IMG/VR virus record: IMGVR_UViG_3300042298_002142
Location: 1-47,372 of that record
Source of the DNA: a virus
Lineage: Duplodnaviria; Caudoviricetes
DNA: 47,372 nucleotides
Strand: one strand, 5' to 3'
Shown here piece by piece: positions 29,601-36,969 of the stretch. The notes below the pieces were generated by a model that saw nothing but the letters and a program-made list of their open reading frames with translations, was not told where the DNA came from and searched no databases. Numbering within the stretch: the stretch's first letter is position 1; the number at the start of each line of letters is the position of its first letter. The translations under genes were made by a program, and so were the position numbers.

Positions 29601-30869
29601 GCCGCATTCCAGAACGATCCGACGGGGTTGTTTGGCGGACTCTACCATGCGGTTAAGTCAGGCTTGTCTTCCGCAGTCCGCAGTCTGGACCAAGTTGCAC
29701 AAGATGAGGAAGCTGCCAAGATCACGCGAGCGTTCGCCGCAGTGACGGCAGGCAGCGTCCACGCCCTCACCGGCACGAGGTTCATGCGCTTCGGCTTCAA
29801 CCTCGGCAACGAGTTCATGCGCTACATGCCCGGCTCGTGGCTGCTGAACAAAGGCACCAACATCCTCGGCAGCAAACTCAGCCCGATGCAGCAGGATATG
29901 CTGATTGGTAAGAACGTGGTCGGGGGCATTCTGCTTGCCACTCTCTATTCTCTGTTTGGAGACGACGACGAATCCGAGGACGGCAAGTGGCACATGGAAG
30001 GTCCGTGGAACGATCTCAGTCTCGGTGAGCAGTCTTCCCGCCTGAGCGCGGGATTGGCGAAGAACTCCTTTTGGCGCAGGAAAGACGGCAAGATTGAGCG
30101 CATCAGCTATGCACAATGGCCGACTGCCGGACTTCTAGCCGCTGTGGGAAGCATGCTCGACGAGAAACGCTACAAGCCTGAAGACTGGAATCAGCGCGGA
30201 GTAGCGGGACACATTCTTCAAGGCGCTGTCACTGGGCTGTTTCAAGTCCAAGATGCTGCCGCCATGCAGCAGGTTGCCGAACTTTTCAGCACCTCGTCCT
30301 CGTACGGGGCGGCACAAGGGATGCCGGAGAAAGTCATTAAAATGGGTACGAACTACCTTGGGGGTCTGGTACCCACATCCGTCAAAGATTTGGACAAGTG
30401 GCAAGACCCACGCAATTTCCGGGCAGACGGCGTCTGGGAAAAGCTCGTCCGCGAGATGCCTGTCGCACGTCGATTTGTCAACGATGGGCGTCCGCAGTTC
30501 AACCGCATCGGTCAAGATGTCCGACTCCACCGCGAGCCTTACAGCCGTCTCTACACAACTGACGAAGCAGACAAGGCGACTGTGGCCTACGGGCAGTTAC
30601 TCGCGAGGGGTATCGACTTTCCTACACCGAGCACCAAACGTCAGATCATCAAGGACGGCAAGAAGGTGCCTATGGACACCCTCGGCAAAGGAGTTACTTA
30701 CGACTTCGAGAAAGCGGTCGCTCTCAGCTATGGCAAGTTCTTGCAGGAGAACGGCGAGCGGATCACAGGAATGTCCACCAAGGCGCTCGACAAACTGATT
30801 CGTGATCGGGCCACGCGCATCCTCGACATCGAGACCCGCAAGGTTCAAGCGAAAGTCAACAACCCATGA
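20601..30869 (+). CDS. Giant polyvalent virion/ejection protein (3422 aa) with lyase-like, zincin and ADP-ribosyltransferase-like domains
   Basis: G/A-rich N-terminus; GWKLHLSV..FTVYVG (~22143); HEALHH (25431-25448); VYHGT..GYQGI..YAVFEPNQIKS (26007-26360); helical C-terminal region. Confidence 0.75.
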   Translation: MADTPSWLAEYPEAAEKDWLNEYPEAKDEPFFDLSDTLSAAGQAVTGLPTTVPRAFRQLYEGLENPWERGEGYLKSQEAADAYQQELEAANLEAEKSGDISTMSRGMRQAGQSLGFSAGAMGAGLIASTPSAAAGRTIGGLAGPEGAVAGEIIGRGAGALASGYGAAYRMAGAQFLDDARKEIDAKFLQVTGELPNEQQQEEAYQELLPLAQAFGHAEAGPEAIGNLAMAGAGKYVFGLGRKTIEKLAASALGKTGAAAGALGTELAGETITGVEQNRIDSQKKDILEGRDPSELPSREMEDYLKSFKEVAPATLATMGLMSVAPATVKAASLIRGKPAEAAPTDDFAQRAAMEGAVGEATPVEVEGVVIATIPPESDMTPEDVLDFANSPEDMAMLARNGKITLPEVVEPIDGVDPAITEEMDARLAEGKASGLADQTLAELERQKAAQGAPAPTAEAPAPTAPVELPDVESGIIDARIDLPRLQAAIQQKPDGKTSGPRVTDVVANNDFAKNGGWKLHLSVTPENYQAVDEWLHKNHKGQYKLLSGGSPEEGSDFTVYVGHKDAANDLASKIESEIGNLLNPFESGPAKDAQFNAKVGGRFDVARTGNIKDVPWNYAGMSGVPFDETAMEAINNIGEAPKTREQFAAKAAPEIERINKQLVAKYGDRYTGSKTPAPVAEAPAPTAETLGVTAPLAPTLETPEGAARNADMLRQAAARVAGTERGPRVGLIPQPSVKLNLTPDETSGTGAAMKEENQQTESGVVHKAAVLSSINSKSSVSAEAVDTYKIALPEGYVKQGDLYVFKSPAATEGAVMPGGSAPAPATTLSRGKPRESIVFKTPVKTPLGEVVGYSWSSQLVEDVDNMGEPVLRRISNWEEATNNAETGRDIVHKFLIRKPDGTTSEVSLESTFGKMTDSDKKTIKAVVSAAKRLPFMRAELAELQDLQKQAEADYQRTQKLTPDPTKLELREPDVKWRAEKGDKVAYLGGVFIGFVESGNINAKGELANKAKFVYDNAWKWQGAQRKVQMTEAQKDRLKSLTRNVKKAEELLKSENVEVAKVITDEQPTSLAEAGPPAAEMKTPSATADQPAPISKEEPTNTQRGQRGRVAVGVPPRDTGATDTPKRPSLGSTGKQIIDAWRSLQGVQVAPGETVVGWDVNGGGTYAFINNKLVKLKRDNKGFESTYTDATDADWQEVSDALDRGALQVEVRKITGLGNYPKVDAGKTVKVLHQATGKPLQEFLDTPEGAAYEARMQKAVAERGPKESPAPQAQQPAPQRDTSKPEQMTPEEFASSERDPELPKNYVLSDGNGNFVTEEKNGWFRVWRLTGTHATLAGTVGFKGAEGLAKAKARLKEVSAERHEEKLQNGLRTKKPVSAAAVDAYGIKLPEGYVKQGDLYIFQPSSEKSDLGAGAATTPSTEPLKVTTPEAGKSPQTAKVATEWTPTVNAPAAFTANNGQKLVGTVQSIEGGKAVVSFSWNGQTQKATVRPDRLSSPVASLTDPPRYQYTQEQNTRKMAKHFPSAPGVHANHDFRKSFASMAKDASLSRIYRQIAKELSKMSAFANVDLHVVADENTRYAGEYSHSNGKSAIAVNLRQVGRGMVDALGTILHEALHHVTLAKVRDPQGAWENEVFNKLDTIREKVLEYAKEKGLYDRLDYELDTVEEFISALTNPNFQNFLASIPDSFSTGVSVGKFRSVLSEVFRLIAEWIKGEPVARGSTMEQYFTTVLATFETPHRAWDTGKLEALNAVQSGAQQATPESIRHAELEAKFNAGTITPEETAEARRLVGERAKAAGYDVGPVYHGTEQKGLTEFYGGWWSDTKKVTREFGSQRYSAYLKGPLADGDTLRQLYKEYNGTDIDQDSDEPLYDSEIGDAAMAGSKFQELVRSKGYQGIEVWDESNAETGMAYAVFEPNQIKSADPFTGVPLDQRFDEKSNDIRASRAEGRGYRSPTDMLAEAAQKARGETVGTKPQGLASMFNPQAKRPATGERKLLDMPQTINLPQADSKLIANAYREAVRGSSTQMAPLSTVYAQARLLQPGLTPETFLAQVQEGYDNGTLLLEGAGSQQEAAQSSLSLPGTPVGTAVRMMPAPQGTLKSKADDGEPPIIDIGGEAEPADGPEFAFTRARFAPPKPEDQMYQVHSDEEATKKAFAWINAVGPLRAADLLMADRAPSDMDLNVKNIVMGGLLKGFTEISIDPNASEDEKTVARATNQRLGKYRVRMNQDAARGMRQIGVQNGAVLQLIAPILAVEEVLADHGEKILEDQFEGGSEGAAPRVAGAAETATAEADERLENIIRRLMGSLRPKQTSVGALARMFRGMGQRDQIIDEVAKALMLKARGNVVAPERKTALANLVSSLKSTLAASVKGEKKPAPERTLQDLLTSAFVNQVSEGPAFESAWKEGRQKVLDMLIDMELDKTFHPAQKRLADLRAKLTYLEAGSAEQQEASAAERAQLADQIKVAKVETKAAMDAVKAMTPQLEAQRDALMPAAPTVAFDPVSSREAIGRAFEKAGYTADLATGLDKSGKRTLSIKDALLNRQRAADAVIKVFDAEMQVPDAATQNDWPQARALALKAVNETLDSWQAQTDADKVAKLEAAKQSLLSEDSKALEKLVNSIRNRILPDSDWSDILYDLPRTQAERLAAIKDRVAKHEALKNLTPDESKKLAESIDKLWQRERLKAFQDELFKAGVLKAKTTKAVANVASAAPELLRLMNLGVFNSSTFREAISKRFGLKLLTGVQADALRKLAAEAWGSPQGVLRNQKLGQLVEGIQHATGANWADVMNSYWIASVLSGLRTHFDTWGGVVNGLGTNLIQAGVQLSKGRGVAAFDIQAQWWKGLFTGLNEALYLLRTGDPSFTKRFEADLIDALNGEKTAHPIAIGEKMWKSGSLLQKIPGALMMVVGRSMVAADHVNNTATTQGAMAVARAMNPELYEGKTSWTQKEIADARKQAIAEATAGAEPATKFERMLVAKRTREILNAGLTEADQMAASEVGDIAAFQNDPTGLFGGLYHAVKSGLSSAVRSLDQVAQDEEAAKITRAFAAVTAGSVHALTGTRFMRFGFNLGNEFMRYMPGSWLLNKGTNILGSKLSPMQQDMLIGKNVVGGILLATLYSLFGDDDESEDGKWHMEGPWNDLSLGEQSSRLSAGLAKNSFWRRKDGKIERISYAQWPTAGLLAAVGSMLDEKRYKPEDWNQRGVAGHILQGAVTGLFQVQDAAAMQQVAELFSTSSSYGAAQGMPEKVIKMGTNYLGGLVPTSVKDLDKWQDPRNFRADGVWEKLVREMPVARRFVNDGRPQFNRIGQDVRLHREPYSRLYTTDEADKATVAYGQLLARGIDFPTPSTKRQIIKDGKKVPMDTLGKGVTYDFEKAVALSYGKFLQENGERITGMSTKALDKLIRDRATRILDIETRKVQAKVNNP
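21957..22660 (+). repeat. 35-bp direct repeats (21957-21991 and 22626-22660) flanking an AT-richer cassette
   Basis: cctgccccc(ac/gt)tgccgaagcacccgcccccactgc, 2 mismatches. Confidence 0.85.
22936..24803 (+). repeat. Diverged ~80-bp direct repeats (22936-23015 and 24724-24803)
   Basis: Encode VSAEAVDTYKIALPEGYVKQGDLYVF and VSAAAVDAYGIKLPEGYVKQGDLYIF. Confidence 0.85.
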
Positions 30870-31453
30870 AACGCCCCTTCAACGAAACTGTGGTCCCGCC
30901 TGGAGGTGGCTGGAAATACACCGACCCCGTCACCGGAGTTCCCGTGTCGTCCAACTCCCTGACCGTCATGCTCCAGCAGGTGAAGGCGCAGCGCGTTGCC
31001 AATGGTGTCGAGGTCGGGAGTGGCTGGGAGCATGTGGTGCTCGACGAGATGTGCGAGCAGAACCCCGGCTTCCGGTGCATCGAGGCTGGAGCGCCCGAGA
31101 TCCACATGACGGGGGACGACGTGAAGCGGTTCCTGCTCACACTTCAAGAGCTGTACGGCAATGAGTTGGTCAGTGACGAAGAGCATCGCCGCCGCGCCGA
31201 CATCTGCCTGTCATGCCCCAAGATGGCTGACGTTGCCTGCACGTTCCCGTGCGGTTGGGTGAGCAAGAAGTTGACCGAGATGCTCGGTGGTCGGAAGATT
31301 CACCGGCCTGCGGAGCTATATAAAAAGGGGTGCAGTGCTTGCGGCTGCGACGTGTCGAGCAAAACATACTACCCCCTCGACGTGCTCAAATCTGTGGACG
31401 TGAAGCTGGGGAAGCAGCCGGACTACTGGGAGAATTGCTGGATGCGGGAGTGA
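30866..31453 (+). CDS. Cys-rich hypothetical protein
   Basis: ATGA overlap; CLSCP, CTFPC, CSACGC and CW motifs. Confidence 0.7.
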   Translation: MKRPFNETVVPPGGGWKYTDPVTGVPVSSNSLTVMLQQVKAQRVANGVEVGSGWEHVVLDEMCEQNPGFRCIEAGAPEIHMTGDDVKRFLLTLQELYGNELVSDEEHRRRADICLSCPKMADVACTFPCGWVSKKLTEMLGGRKIHRPAELYKKGCSACGCDVSSKTYYPLDVLKSVDVKLGKQPDYWENCWMRE

Positions 31454-31847
31454 TCCTCTTCTGGATCAAGAACTGCCGTTGCTCCGAGTCGTCACATAGC
31501 TGGGCCAGCAGGTTCTTGGTGCCTTCGGTGGCTTTCGGCATCTCCGACACGAGGACGGCGCACAGGTTCTTCTCACCTGACAGGAGATCAGCAAACAGCT
31601 TTTCCGGGGAGTGCTCGTTCGGGTGGAACGCGGCTTTCGTGGCAGCGTCCATCCCCAGCTTGGCGAGGTCCATCTTGCTGCCGAGACCAACAGCCCGTTC
31701 AACCACCGAATCGTAGGCCGCGTCGTAGGCTTCGTAAAACTTCCCGAACGTCTTGTGGTCGGCGAAGAACGTCGGCCCTTGCGTGTCGTGATGGGCGCGT
31801 TGGGCAAACAGACGCAGGGTGAGCAGTTGGAGGGCGGCGAGGTCCAT
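31386..31847 (-). CDS. Dps/ferritin-like protein
   Basis: AHHDTQGPTFFADHKTFGKFYE..D..VER matches the Dps H-(W)..GP.F...H..F...Y.....D..AER pattern. Confidence 0.75.
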   Translation of the reverse strand: MDLAALQLLTLRLFAQRAHHDTQGPTFFADHKTFGKFYEAYDAAYDSVVERAVGLGSKMDLAKLGMDAATKAAFHPNEHSPEKLFADLLSGEKNLCAVLVSEMPKATEGTKNLLAQLCDDSEQRQFLIQKRITPASSNSPSSPAASPASRPQI

Positions 31848-31855
31848 GGTGGCGG

Positions 31856-31884
31856 ATTGTAGTGGAGCCGGGGTGATGGGTCAA
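31856..31884 (-). promoter_or_regulatory. Near-consensus sigma70 promoter for the Dps-like gene
   Basis: TTGACC-17 bp-TACAAT ending 8 nt before the ATG. Confidence 0.75.
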
Positions 31885-31897
31885 CCCTTTGCAAGTG

Positions 31898-32048
31898 TCA
31901 TGGAAGGTGCAGCCAAACCCAGCGATACCATACCCGTATAAATAGTTGCCTTTGAACGGTTTTTATCTCAGGGCAGAACAGCCACACCAGAGTAGCCGCC
32001 CACATAGCAAGGAGCCTGCGCATTGGTCTGGTGATGGGGAAGTGCATA
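31898..32048 (-). CDS. Possible small hydrophobic protein (MHFPITRPMRRLLAMW...WVWLHLP)
   Basis: Fills the gap after 32052; below ORF-track cutoff; boundaries approximate. Confidence 0.3.
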
Positions 32049-32051
32049 AAA

Positions 32052-33275
32052 TCAAGCCTCCGTGATCGGGATGGTGTTCTGCACCCAGCCAGCTTTGGCT
32101 ACGGCATATCCGTTGATCGAGAACGTGCCGATGAGGTAGGCCACATCAACTTCCAGCTTCTCCGCCAAGTCGTTGACGCGCATCTTCTTGCCACCGAGGG
32201 CGGCTTCGATGTCGGCGCGGGTGATTTTCTTGACGGGTTTGACCTCGGGGGTTTTGATCTTCACCTCCTCGGGCAACTCGGTAACAGTGACGACGGGTGC
32301 CTTCGTGACGGTGTGAGCCGGAGGCTCGGGAGCCTTCACTGGGATGACCTCGGTAGGCTTCTCATCGTCGCCCCAGAAGGCGTCATCTTGGGCCGGGTTC
32401 GTGGCAGCCTCGACCACGTTTTCTGCCGCCTGCCGAAAGGACTCGACATCCACCTCAACAGTAGTCGTCTCCACGCTCCAACCGCTTCCCAACGTCCGCG
32501 CTTTTTCCCCACGTCCCAACACGATGTCAGCCAGCGACCCGTCTTTGCAGCCATGCACCAGCACGGCCTTGGGGCTGACGACACCACCGCGAGGACGCAC
32601 CACACGGCTGCCGTGATCCACGGACTCACAGACGAGGTTGGTTCCTTCCATGTGGTAGTTCTGCGTGGACCACATGTCGCTGATGAGTTCGGTGTGCGAC
32701 ACGCCGATGTTGCGGATAGGCCAGCGAAGGTACACGTCGAACGGTTCACGCGGGTTCATCGTGTAAGGTTTGGCGAGATCGAGCAGCAGCGGCTTGATCC
32801 GTTCGTCCTTCTCCATGTTGGCGGGGTAGATGCCGGTGCCCATCATCATCTGATCGCCGTCCTTGTAGGCGATCTGTCCGTTCACGTTGAACGGCGTGTT
32901 GACGAGGACGCCACGGAACGGGGTGCCGCCGTAGCGGTAGTCCTCGAACAGGGCGACCGCCCAGCGCGGCTTCACCGGCAGCATGTCTAACTCCATCCAC
33001 AAGAAGGGATCGGTATTGCCCATCTTGGCGAGTGCGAAGACCACGCTGGCGAAGTGTCGGTTGCAGGCGACAGGCGCTCCACCCTCGAAGTCCTGAGTCA
33101 GCGGGTAGGTTTCCGCGCCCAGACGCTCGGCATGCTCATAGGCGGTGTCCTTGGCGGCAGGTGTGGGGAAGAAGATGACGGGATGCTCTTCCAACCCGCC
33201 GAGCTTGAGCAGGCATTCGGTGAGGTCGGGCAGCAGGTGCTTGTCGTGGGCGGATACGGGGATGGCGATTTTCAT
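32052..33275 (-). CDS. GT-A-like glycosyltransferase-like protein with acidic linker and C-terminal HTH-like domain
   Basis: MKIAIPV N-terminal strand, FLWMELDMLP (DxD-like), VHGCKDGS; C-terminal RVNDLAEKLEVD. Confidence 0.5.
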   Translation of the reverse strand: MKIAIPVSAHDKHLLPDLTECLLKLGGLEEHPVIFFPTPAAKDTAYEHAERLGAETYPLTQDFEGGAPVACNRHFASVVFALAKMGNTDPFLWMELDMLPVKPRWAVALFEDYRYGGTPFRGVLVNTPFNVNGQIAYKDGDQMMMGTGIYPANMEKDERIKPLLLDLAKPYTMNPREPFDVYLRWPIRNIGVSHTELISDMWSTQNYHMEGTNLVCESVDHGSRVVRPRGGVVSPKAVLVHGCKDGSLADIVLGRGEKARTLGSGWSVETTTVEVDVESFRQAAENVVEAATNPAQDDAFWGDDEKPTEVIPVKAPEPPAHTVTKAPVVTVTELPEEVKIKTPEVKPVKKITRADIEAALGGKKMRVNDLAEKLEVDVAYLIGTFSINGYAVAKAGWVQNTIPITEA

Positions 33276-33763
33276 GGTTCAGGCGTTGAGGCGTTAAAGA
33301 GTTTGGCTGGGTACAAAGTAGTTAAGAAATAACCCAAAGAGCAAAAAGGGTTGTCTTGTTTGTCTATTCGGTTGACCCACCTTACTTCCAGGATGTCTTC
33401 CGGCATCAAGTTTTCGGGAGTGGATAGGGCTTGAGCAAAAGCGTCGAGAGTAGTTTTTTTCGGGTTCTCGTCTTTGCACAGATAGGTAATATCCAGATAT
33501 GTCCTCCCGACCTCAACGGCTTCACGCCTACCCACGCTCTGAGGCAAACGCAGAGTCCTGTTTTTTATGCACAGGTTGTGCAAGAAGCGGTTGAGAGGAG
33601 TGTCTTCGCTGACAGAATCCGCAAACACTTTTTCCGCCACGAGGGCATACTCCTCGCGATCTTTCTCAGTCTCCTCAGACAGATCAGGACCACCAGTCTG
33701 CACCCATTTCCAGTCTGATAGACCGGATCGGGTGAATTTCATAGGCTCTTTGGAAGTACTCAT
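33272..33763 (-). CDS. Hypothetical protein, AT-richer than neighbours
   Basis: ATGA overlaps at both ends. Confidence 0.6.
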   Translation of the reverse strand: MSTSKEPMKFTRSGLSDWKWVQTGGPDLSEETEKDREEYALVAEKVFADSVSEDTPLNRFLHNLCIKNRTLRLPQSVGRREAVEVGRTYLDITYLCKDENPKKTTLDAFAQALSTPENLMPEDILEVRWVNRIDKQDNPFCSLGYFLTTLYPAKLFNASTPEP

Positions 33764-34125
33764 GGTGCGAGAACGTGTTGGGGGATTCGTAGATATTCTC
33801 CGTTGGCGAAGTTGTATCGGTTCGGGTTCGCGTCGGCCAACACTCCGGGGCGCGACTTGGACATGCCAATAGATAAAGGCTCGTCTTGCCCCTTCCTCCG
33901 AAATCTCAGCAACAATCTCGCCGACCCTTTCTCTTCCACCGTTTGGCGCATCTCAACAGAGAGAGCACTGCTAAAGATCACCACGTCCTCATAAGCCGCT
34001 GTCAGATACTCAGGGTTGACCACATACTTTGCCGCTTTCGGCAGAGCAGGCACCAAGCCGGTGATCTCCATGGCTGCGGCACACGCTGCCCCGGCAAGGA
34101 GTTTGAAGATGGAGCGACGGTTCAT
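33760..34125 (-). CDS. Tat-signal-like protein carrying two MCP-like segments
   Basis: MNRRSIFKLLAGAACAAA twin-arginine leader; segments align with MCP (see findings). Confidence 0.65.
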   Translation of the reverse strand: MNRRSIFKLLAGAACAAAMEITGLVPALPKAAKYVVNPEYLTAAYEDVVIFSSALSVEMRQTVEEKGSARLLLRFRRKGQDEPLSIGMSKSRPGVLADANPNRYNFANGEYLRIPQHVLAP

Positions 34126-35120
34126 AGGCTGTAATTTTCAAGAGCTTGTTGTACGCGGAGAAACTGGGCCTGCCCCCCGTGATCCGCAAAGAAGGCGGGG
34201 CATCGTTCGACATTGGCGTCGTACACGGCGTCCTCGGCATCATCAATAGTGAGATTCTCCCTCTTCGCAACTTCTCTCACCAAAAGTTCAAAGCAGGGTG
34301 AAGCTCCACCGTTGTAGCGCCAGTTCCCCGGTGGCGTGGTGTGGATTTTCTTCTCCGTCTTGGGGCGGACTCCGCGCAGCACGGTGCCGTCTGGCAGCGT
34401 GACCACGCCGTCAGCGACATGGGAGGCGTTGGGGCGGACGTAGATGCAGTCGGGGAAGCCCAGATGAGTCTCTTGAATGAGGTTGTGTTTCAGCCCTTCG
34501 GCGATGGCGTTGGCACAGGACTGGTTGCCGATGAACAGGTCAGACCCTTTGATCAGCCGCGCCACCTCCAACATGTCTGTGGTGGGCTGGAACTCGACGT
34601 AGCCGTGGTGGCCGATGAACTCGCGCCACTCGTGATGCAGTCCGACGAAGAGCAGACGGTTGCGGAGATGAGCCACGATCTCTTTCCACGGGAACCGCTC
34701 GTTGCGATAGCGCCCGGTGCGGTTGATCACCACACGCCCTTTGGAGCGCGGCGACGGTTCGACGCCGTACAGCCACGGCTCGTCGGCGGTGAAGTTCTGC
34801 CCGATGCTGTGCGTCTTGATGAGGTGGTTGAGGTGCGCCCGCATGAGCGTCTCGCCTTTGGTGTAGTGACGTTCGCGGAAGCCCTCGCTCTTCCAGTCCA
34901 CCGGGTCGCCCGGCTGGATGATCTGGATGTCCGCGATGTAGGGTTGCAGCTTCACCAGTGGTGCCAGCAGATCATACATGCGTTGCACGCCTTCCGGTCC
35001 TTTGGCCTTGGTCGAAGACGATGAACGCAGGCACAGGGTGTGTGGGCCGTCGGGGATCTGTTTGAGCAGACACAGCGCAAACACCACATCGCCAATGTCA
35101 CCTGTAGAAGAAATTTTCAT
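34122..35120 (-). CDS. GT9 (heptosyltransferase)-like GT-B glycosyltransferase
   Basis: GDIGDVVFAL N-terminal motif; LIKGSDLFIGNQSCANAIAEGL C-terminal motif. Confidence 0.7.
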   Translation of the reverse strand: MKISSTGDIGDVVFALCLLKQIPDGPHTLCLRSSSSTKAKGPEGVQRMYDLLAPLVKLQPYIADIQIIQPGDPVDWKSEGFRERHYTKGETLMRAHLNHLIKTHSIGQNFTADEPWLYGVEPSPRSKGRVVINRTGRYRNERFPWKEIVAHLRNRLLFVGLHHEWREFIGHHGYVEFQPTTDMLEVARLIKGSDLFIGNQSCANAIAEGLKHNLIQETHLGFPDCIYVRPNASHVADGVVTLPDGTVLRGVRPKTEKKIHTTPPGNWRYNGGASPCFELLVREVAKRENLTIDDAEDAVYDANVERCPAFFADHGGQAQFLRVQQALENYSL

Positions 35121-35164
35121 GTGTTGGGGGATATTTCTTATTTCGTCATAAAATCTCCCCACGG

Positions 35165-36391
35165 TCAAATGAAGTTCTTATGCCGTGGCTCCGGCCCCAC
35201 TGGCTGCGGGTCAGCCCCTTTCCAGATAGCGTCCAAGGCGCGGTTCTGCGTGCCGAACACGCATTTCTGGCAATGCACCATCGGGTCGATCAGCGAACGC
35301 ACAGGCTGCTCGTAGAGTTCATGAATGGTGTCCCAGCGTCCGATGACGTAGGCGCTGCCGCCCTGTGAACGGTTGGCTTGATCCAAAAGGGTTACGCTAT
35401 CGCAGGGTGTCACGTCGCCGGAAGGCCATAACACGGGATGTGAATAACCAAGCAGACAACAGGTGTGGGGGGCTGGCGGCTTGTACTGCACCATGATGCG
35501 AGGGTCCACTTCCAACGCCAGTTGTTCCAACTCGATGCACCGTTCCGGGATCTTCTGAATCTCGTAGCAGTTCGGCAGCGCACGGATGTAGGTGAACGGT
35601 TTGGTGGAAAGCAACTCCTTCAATTTCTGCTTTATGAACGGGAGGCGGTCCTTGCCATAGGTCACGCGCTCCGCTTCATCGCCTGCGAGCAAAGGAGTTT
35701 GAAGGTCTTCGGGACGACTGACTTTTCCGTGCCGGTCGAGCGGATCTTTGTAGGAGTCGTGATACACCCAGCTTCCGCCAAGAGCAGTCAGTTCTGGATT
35801 GATGTCAGGCACTTCCACTTCCTCACCATGGTCCCACGCGCTGAGAGAGATGCGAATCCATGTCAACTTATCCAAGGTTTCAGGCCGAACGGTTCTCCAA
35901 GAGGTCCGGCCATCGGGATACTGCACCATGTTCTTGAGGCCGTTGCTGATCAGCCCGATTTGCAGACCTTTGCCATGCAGCGTGTCCACCAAGTCGTCGA
36001 AATCGTAGCCCTTTTCGCGGTCCTTCCACAATATGGGGTTCCCTCCCCCGCTCAGAATAACGGCTTTCAAACCCAATGGAATGAGCTGATCCACATATGT
36101 TTCCACCTGATGCAATGTCAGGGCGGCGTTGCCTCGGTTGGCAGTAGAACAGAAAGAACACTTGTGCTGGCAGGCGTCTCCCACAAAAATCCCGCTCACC
36201 TTGGGCACTCCTTTGCCTTGATGCAGCCCCTCGATGATGTCGCGGTGCCAAGGGATTTTGGATGAGGTGCTGGTGAACTCGTTGAGCAAATCCTTCATGG
36301 ACTCAGGAGTCTCGTGATTACACGTCTCTGAGTCGCCGGGGATGGTGTCCAGTTCGGGCTTGTCGGCGATGGCGGAAGGGAGGGTGTTCAT
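35165..36391 (-). CDS. Radical SAM protein with SPASM/Twitch-like C-terminus
   Basis: CQHKCSFC (CxxxCxxC), ILSGGGNP, C..G...L.PSGDVTPC..IG..CQKC. Confidence 0.85.
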   Translation of the reverse strand: MNTLPSAIADKPELDTIPGDSETCNHETPESMKDLLNEFTSTSSKIPWHRDIIEGLHQGKGVPKVSGIFVGDACQHKCSFCSTANRGNAALTLHQVETYVDQLIPLGLKAVILSGGGNPILWKDREKGYDFDDLVDTLHGKGLQIGLISNGLKNMVQYPDGRTSWRTVRPETLDKLTWIRISLSAWDHGEEVEVPDINPELTALGGSWVYHDSYKDPLDRHGKVSRPEDLQTPLLAGDEAERVTYGKDRLPFIKQKLKELLSTKPFTYIRALPNCYEIQKIPERCIELEQLALEVDPRIMVQYKPPAPHTCCLLGYSHPVLWPSGDVTPCDSVTLLDQANRSQGGSAYVIGRWDTIHELYEQPVRSLIDPMVHCQKCVFGTQNRALDAIWKGADPQPVGPEPRHKNFI

Positions 36392-36969
36392 AGAGGTTTC
36401 CGTGCCCACATCTCCAACGAGAAGATACGGCGGTTAAGTTTTGGCACGATCTCGGCAACCGTGGGCGAGTGGTTCTCGTCTGAGTTGACAAGGAGATGGA
36501 CGTGGTGTGAGGGGAAACCTGCGCGGACAAAATGTGCCCACATGGAATCCTCTGTGAAGATTTGAGCGTGCTGGTCAAACCACAAAGCTGCCTCGAACCA
36601 CGTTGGGATAGGGTTCGGTGGATCTGTCACCTCGAACAAACGAGGCCAGTTCTCGTTGCGGTCCTCGTCGTGGACAGAACGGAAGTAGGTGGCGTCTGGC
36701 ACGCTCACCAGTATCACGCCACCAGGGTTGAGCACTCGCAGCACTTCCTTCATCACCTTGACCGCTTCACGGCAGTCCATGTGCTCCAGAACATGGCTGC
36801 ACAAACAGCCGTCAAACGAGTTGTCGGGAAAAGGGAGTGGCTGGCGCAGATCGTGCCGGACGAAGTTCGGCTCGTTGATCTCATGACCACCGCCCTCCCA
36901 GTTGTCGAGGTTGACCCAGATGTTGTCGATGGGTCTTGTTGACCCGGCTCCGAGGTTGAGAATTTTCAT
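36388..36969 (-). CDS. Class I SAM-dependent methyltransferase (type 11-like)
   Basis: LNLGAG, DLRQPLPFPDNSFD, SHVLEH, RVLNPGG, VPD. Confidence 0.85.
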   Translation of the reverse strand: MKILNLGAGSTRPIDNIWVNLDNWEGGGHEINEPNFVRHDLRQPLPFPDNSFDGCLCSHVLEHMDCREAVKVMKEVLRVLNPGGVILVSVPDATYFRSVHDEDRNENWPRLFEVTDPPNPIPTWFEAALWFDQHAQIFTEDSMWAHFVRAGFPSHHVHLLVNSDENHSPTVAEIVPKLNRRIFSLEMWARKPL

